DNA from: Nitrospirota bacterium
Lineage (GTDB): Bacteria; Nitrospirota; Nitrospiria; Nitrospirales; NS-4
Direction: 5' to 3'
Assembly: GCA_963788195.1 (NCBI GenBank)
Contig: CAWBGA010000001.1
Span: 192,001 to 256,000 of the forward strand
DNA: 64,000 nt
In this document: positions 59,053 through 64,000 of the stretch, piece after piece
Layout: every line of letters begins with the position of its first letter
How positions within the stretch are numbered: position 1 is the first letter of the stretch
Made by a program: the position numbers and the translations under genes
Notes under the pieces: model-generated
What the model was told of the DNA's origin: nothing
Database searches by the model: none
Seen by the model: only the letters and a program-made list of their open reading frames with translations

Positions 59053-60213
59053 ATGCCTGAACGATTACGAGTGTTGAACAACCTGCGGCTCTGTACACGC
59101 TGCCTGTTGCCCGAAACACAGGAGACGATCGTCTTCGACGATCAGGGGGTGTGCAATGTCTGCCGGCAGATCGAGTACAAACAAACGAAAATCGATTGGG
59201 ATGCGAAGCGAAAGGAATTCGATGATCTGCTCGCTCAGTACCGCGGGAAATATGACTATGATTGTATCGTCCCATTCAGCGGAGGCAAAGACAGCACCTA
59301 TACGCTCTACAGCCTCGTTCGCGACTTCAACATCAAGCCATTGGTCGTGTCGTTCGATCACGGTTTTTTCAGGCCACGAACGCTTGAAAATAATGAACGA
59401 ACACTGAAGATCCTTGGTGTTGATTTTCTGAAGTTCCGCCCGAGTTGGAAAGTCGTGCAGAAGCTGATGCTGGAGGTGTTAAAGCGAAAGGGAGATTTTT
59501 GCTGGCACTGTCATACAGGGTGTTTCGCCTATCCCATGCAAATCGCCGTGAAGTTCCGGATACCGCTATTGATATGGGGGGAGCCGACCGCGGAGTACAC
59601 CAGCTATTACAGCTATGAAGATGATGAGGAAGTGGACGAACGCCGCTTCAACCGCTTTGTCAATCTGGGCATCACGGCCGAGGATATGCAGGGCATGCTG
59701 GACGGGTCGATCACGATGCAGGATCTCGAACCTTTTCGGTATCCAAGCGTCCAGGATCTGCACGCCATTAAATGCCGCTCTGTCTGCCTCGGCAGCTATA
59801 TACCGTGGGATGTGAAGAAGCACGTGGAGATCATCAAGCGGGAACTACACTGGCAGGAGGACGACGTCGAGGGGATACCAAAGGCGTTCCGCTATGAGAA
59901 GGTCGAGTGCGCAATGCAAGGCGTCCGCGATTATCTGAAGTTCATCAAACGAGGCTTCGGCCGCACGAATCATTTAGTCAACATCGACATCCGCAATGGA
60001 CGGTTGACTAGGGAGGAGGCTATGAGGCTGGTGCAGGAACATGACGGCAAGCGGCCGGCCAGCCTCGATGTCTTTCTCGAGTATGTAGGGCTGACAGAGG
60101 AAGAGTTCATGGACATCGCCCTACAGCACGTTGTCAGTCCCCACGTTCATGATCCTCAAAGTGTTCTCCCGGGCGAGAAACTCTGGGATCAGGATGAATG
60201 GGATCGCAGCTGA
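59053..60213 (+). CDS. N-acetyl sugar amidotransferase (WbuX/PseA family)
   Basis: CTRC...GVCNVC, YDCIVPFSGGKDS (PP-loop), WGE, KFIKRGFGR, IRNGRLTREEA. Confidence 0.9.
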   Translation: MPERLRVLNNLRLCTRCLLPETQETIVFDDQGVCNVCRQIEYKQTKIDWDAKRKEFDDLLAQYRGKYDYDCIVPFSGGKDSTYTLYSLVRDFNIKPLVVSFDHGFFRPRTLENNERTLKILGVDFLKFRPSWKVVQKLMLEVLKRKGDFCWHCHTGCFAYPMQIAVKFRIPLLIWGEPTAEYTSYYSYEDDEEVDERRFNRFVNLGITAEDMQGMLDGSITMQDLEPFRYPSVQDLHAIKCRSVCLGSYIPWDVKKHVEIIKRELHWQEDDVEGIPKAFRYEKVECAMQGVRDYLKFIKRGFGRTNHLVNIDIRNGRLTREEAMRLVQEHDGKRPASLDVFLEYVGLTEEEFMDIALQHVVSPHVHDPQSVLPGEKLWDQDEWDRS

Positions 60214-60216
60214 ACC

Positions 60217-60834
60217 GTGACCGTCGCGGTTGTGGACTACGGCATGGGCAATCTGCGCTCCGTGGCGAAGGCGCTGGAAGCGGTAGGCGCCCGGGTCTTG
60301 GTGTCCACCAACCCAGAGGACTTACGAAAAGCGGAGCGCATTGTGCTTCCAGGGCAGGGCGCATTTCGCGATTGCATCGCCAATTTGCGCGCGACCGGCT
60401 TAGTCGACGCTCTTCTCGAGGAAGTGCGGCAGAAAGGAAAACCGTTCCTTGGAATTTGCCTGGGACTGCAATTGCTTGCTGATGTGAGTTATGAAAACGG
60501 GTCCTTCACAGGGCTCGGATGGCTGCCCGGGCGGGTTCAGCGATTGACGGTCGAGGATCCAACTCTTAAGCTTCCTCACATCGGCTGGAATGATGTGACT
60601 TTTCAGGAAACAGTGCTTGCCGACGGGCTCAAGAAGAATCCGATCTTTTACTTCGACCACAGCTACCATTTTGTCAGTCAGGAGCCGGCTTCAGTCGTGG
60701 CTGTATGCGAATATGGCGGGACGTTTGCTGCGGCGCTCCAAAAGGACAACATGTTCGCGGTTCAGTTTCATCCTGAGAAGAGCCAGCAAGTCGGTCTGCG
60801 GTTACTGAGGAACTTCTTGAACTGGAAGATTTAG
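60217..60834 (+). CDS. hisH: Glutamine amidotransferase subunit HisH-like (WbuY)
   Basis: [37 protein letters not shown]. Confidence 0.9.
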   Translation: MTVAVVDYGMGNLRSVAKALEAVGARVLVSTNPEDLRKAERIVLPGQGAFRDCIANLRATGLVDALLEEVRQKGKPFLGICLGLQLLADVSYENGSFTGLGWLPGRVQRLTVEDPTLKLPHIGWNDVTFQETVLADGLKKNPIFYFDHSYHFVSQEPASVVAVCEYGGTFAAALQKDNMFAVQFHPEKSQQVGLRLLRNFLNWKI

Positions 60835-60841
60835 CTCAAGG

Positions 60842-61604
60842 GTGCTGAAGCGACGTCTCATTCCCTCCCTCCTGCTCAAGGCCGGTCGCTGCATCAAAAC
60901 CATCAGGTTCGACTCCATCCGGGACGTGGGGAATCCCGTCACGGCGGCGCGGGTGTATGACGCTCAAGGCGCCGATGAGTTGATCTTTCTGGATATCACC
61001 GCCAGCCACGAACGGCGCGAAACCTTGTTCGATCTCGTGGCGCAAACAGCGGAGCAATGCTTCATGCCGTTGACAGTGGGCGGTGGTGTGAGGACGGTGG
61101 CAGATATCCGCAAATTGCTGCAGGCCGGCGCAGATAAGGTCGCGATCAACACTGCGGCGGTAGAAAATCCGGATTTTATCCGCGAGGCTGCCGAAATGTT
61201 CGGTACCCAGTGCATCGTTGTGTCGATTGATGCCCGGGCACAGGCGCCGCACGAATATGAAGTATTCACCTACCGGGCGACCAAGCCCACCGGCCTTCAT
61301 CCGGTCGAATGGGCTCAGCGAATGGCCGATTCCGGCGTCGGGTGAAATTCTGATTACCGCCGTCGACCGAGACGGCGCCATGGAAGGGTATGATTTGGAA
61401 TTGATCCGGTCCGTCGCCGACGCTGTTCATGTACCGGTCATCGCCTCCGGGGGGTGCGGCACGCTTCAGCATCTGGTCGAGGGGATTACAGTCGGTCACG
61501 CATCGGCTGTTGCGGCGGCCAGCCTGTTTCACTTCACGGATCAGAGCGTGATCAAAGCAAAGACCTTCATGAAAGGTGCAGGCGTGGATGTCCGGTCTCC
61601 GTAG
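60842..61604 (+). CDS. hisF: HisF-like cyclase subunit (WbuZ), frameshifted near 61338
   Basis: [31 protein letters not shown]; continues [29 protein letters not shown]. Confidence 0.88.
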
Positions 61605-61625
61605 GAATCAACTTCGTCCGTCACT

Positions 61626-63450
61626 ATGATCCCTCGAAAAGATATTCAGAATCTCGCCGTGTTGTTTGGACGGTTCGCGAAGCCTTACTGGCGCTCGCTG
61701 GCGATGCTTGTCTTTGTCAGTATGGCGGCGGGCTTCTTAATGTCATTAAGACCGTTGATTCTCGCCCCGGCCATGGATTCCGCGTTCTTGACCTCTACGC
61801 AGCCGGCCAGATCACTGGGGGAATTAAACCTCAACAATCTGGGCGCCACTATATTGGCCTCGCTGGGCATCGATGCCGGCATCAACAAATTTTACCTCTT
61901 GTGCGCCATCGTCCTCTTATTCGTCGGCATCGTCGTGGTGTCGGCGGCCATGAATTTTCTTGCTCTTCAATTGATGCGATGGATACGCACCGGCGTCGCG
62001 AATGACATTCAGTCCTCAATGTATAAGCATATCCTCTCGTTGTCGATGCCGTTTTTCGTGAAACAGCGAGGAAGCGAATTGCCCAACCGTTTCGTCTTGG
62101 ATGCGGTCCAGACGGCCCAATCCTTTGATCCAATCATTAGAGGATTGTTGGAATCGAGCATCCAGATTGTCATCTACGGCATCATTCTCATTAAGACAGA
62201 CACATATATGGCCGTTGCCGTAGGCGGTGTGATCATCCTGCAGATGGCGATTACGCGATTCTTGCAATATAAGGTGCGCTCGCTCACTACCCAATCATTC
62301 GACACCTACTCGCGAATTGGCAGTCTGGTGCAAGAAGCGTTGCAAACGATCCGTGTGGTCAAATCCTTCTGCGCAGAACGATTTGAGCATGGACGACTGC
62401 TGCGAGAGCTCCGGGACCTCAAGATCAATTCATTGCTGTTCGGGTTTTACAAAAACAGTGAAACGCCTCTTCGTGATGTCGCCAATGGGATCGCGATCGG
62501 CGCAATCCTGTTGGTGGCGTTCTCATCGCTGTCAGCCGGCCGGCTGACATCATCTGGATTTGTGATGTTCGTGCTTATCGCGAGCCAGGCCATCATTCCG
62601 TTCTCGAAAATCGGCGAAGCTCTTGTCCAACTGCAGATGTTCCTGGGCGCTTCGACCTCTGTCGTCGAGATCTTGAATGTCAAACCCACCTTGCTGGAGG
62701 GCGATCTTGAAGCAAAACCTTTCCAGACCAGACTGTGTCTTGAGAAAGTCTCGTTTTGCTATCAGCCCGGGGCTCCCGGTGTTGCACGATATTAACCTCG
62801 AGATTCCCCGGGGGGCCATGGTCGCGATCGTGGGCCCGAGCGGGGCAGGCAAATCTACATTAGCAGACTTGCTGTTGCGGCTCTATGATCCAACCTCAGG
62901 CGTGGTGACATACGATGATATGGATGTCCGAAACTACCGGCAGGAAAGCTACAGGCGGCATTTTGGCGTGGTGCCGCAGGAGTGTTTGCTCTTCAACGCC
63001 AGCATTACCGAGAACATTGCATACGGACGCACGGTCGACATGGATGAGGTGCGGCGCGCGGCCGGGATTGCGAACGCGGAGGAGTTTATTCACCAGTTCC
63101 CGCAGGGATATGAGACCGTCGTCGGAGACCGGGGGATCCGACTCTCGGGAGGACAGCGACAACGGATCGCCCTTGCCCGCGCCATGTACGGACGTCCTGA
63201 GATCCTCGTTCTGGACGAAGCGACAAGTTCGCTCGATAGCGAATCCGAAGAACAGGTTCAGGCGGCGATAGATCGGGTGACGAAAGAGATTACCGCCATT
63301 GTCATCGCCCACCGCCTTTCGACAGTCATCAGGGCAGATAAAATCGTGGTTCTGAGTGAAGGCAAAATTGAAGCCGTGGATACGCACGGTCCTTTGCTCG
63401 ATCATTGCCCGCTCTATCGCCGTCTTTATGCCGGGCAGTTCAGTGAATAG
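61626..63450 (+). CDS. ABC exporter, fused permease/ATPase (MsbA/PglK-like), frameshifted near 62772
   Basis: TM domain in ORF 61626; GPSGAGKST, LSGGQRQR, ILVLDEATSSLD, IAHRLST in ORF 62677. Confidence 0.88.
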
Positions 63451-63485
63451 CTGGTCCCCACCACAGAGTCGAAGAAAACCATAGA

Positions 63486-64000
63486 ATGTGTTCCATCGCC
63501 GCAGCGCTCAGCCTTTCTTCCGAAAGGATACCCAATCTCACTCGGGTCTTAGAAGTCACCAATCACCTGCAGCAACATCGGGGCCCGGATGGCCATGGGA
63601 CGTGGGAGCACCCGCGTGGCATGGTCGGTCTGGCAAACTGCCGCCTCAGCGTCATTGATTTAGGGACAGGGCACCAGCCGATGCGGGACCCTGCAGGCAA
63701 TTGGGTCACATTCAATGGTGAAATTTATAATTTTCGCGAGTTAAGAGCGCAGTTGGGGTCCAACTTGTTCTCGACTCATTCCGACACCGAAGTGATTCTT
63801 CATGCGTACCGCAAGTGGGGAGCGGATTGCGTCAATCAGTTCCGTGGCATGTTTGCATTCGCACTGTGGGATGAGGCCGAGCAAACCTTGTTCTGTGCCC
63901 GGGATCCGTTCGGAATTAAGCCGCTTTACTATACGGTGGTTCAGGATGTTCTTTATTTAGCCTCGGAAGTCAAAGCACTGATCCCTTTTGTTGCGGAGGT
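63486..64000 (+). CDS. asnB: Asparagine synthase (glutamine-hydrolysing)-like amidotransferase, truncated by window end
   Basis: Manual translation: MCSIA...HRGPDG...RLSVID...QPM...FNGEIYN...SDTEV...GMFAFALWD...ARDPFGIKPLYY. Confidence 0.9.
   Translation, partial: MCSIAAALSLSSERIPNLTRVLEVTNHLQQHRGPDGHGTWEHPRGMVGLANCRLSVIDLGTGHQPMRDPAGNWVTFNGEIYNFRELRAQLGSNLFSTHSDTEVILHAYRKWGADCVNQFRGMFAFALWDEAEQTLFCARDPFGIKPLYYTVVQDVLYLASEVKALIPFVAE

Noticed and set aside
60217..61604. Histidine biosynthesis operon
   Set aside because: hisH/hisF follow a WbuX-type amidotransferase, the known ammonia-supply arrangement in glycan loci; no other his genes
12700..62780. Programmed ribosomal frameshifting as a locus-wide mechanism
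   Set aside because: Break points share no slippery motif and fall in enzyme families not known to be recoded; sequencing error is simpler
1..64000. CRISPR array, rRNA, tRNA, transposase, integrase or prophage genes
   Set aside because: No regularly spaced repeats, cloverleafs or matching protein motifs seen by inspection

Overview
The window is almost entirely one very large cell-surface glycan (LPS/O-antigen/capsule-type) biosynthesis locus of a moderately GC-rich bacterium. About 55 genes lie on the + strand, with one divergent lipoprotein gene on the - strand. Order: LPS-core-type glycosyltransferases and UDP-GlcA enzymes (85-7258); two short palindromic/inverted-repeat elements; a UpxY/RfaH-like NusG paralogue (8274); a higher-carbon sugar block (GmhA-GmhB fusion, transaldolase, reversed HldE, three SDRs, Gfo/Idh/MocA, Cys-less UDP-glucose dehydrogenase homologue, split transketolase, DegT aminotransferase) whose family inventory parallels the lincosamide NDP-octose pathway; a tailoring block with a triplicated protein family I do not recognise; Wzm/Wzt; a MarR-type EPS regulator; WbpB-WbpD/WbpI; a pseudaminic-acid module (pseB/C/G/I/H) with an SGNH cassette flanked by a duplicated pseB 3' end; a second divergent NeuB module with AKR, SDR, class III aminotransferase, GNAT and WbuXYZ-like amidotransferase; an MsbA/PglK-like exporter; and the start of an asparagine synthase-like gene. 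A 24-bp ops-like element and a promoter/operator motif each occur twice (about 8.0-8.3 kb and 42.7-43.4 kb). Roughly 20 frameshifts, mostly single-base insertions, are probably long-read sequencing errors. No CRISPR, rRNA, tRNA or transposase was seen. All functional calls come from visual motif recognition; no database search was run.
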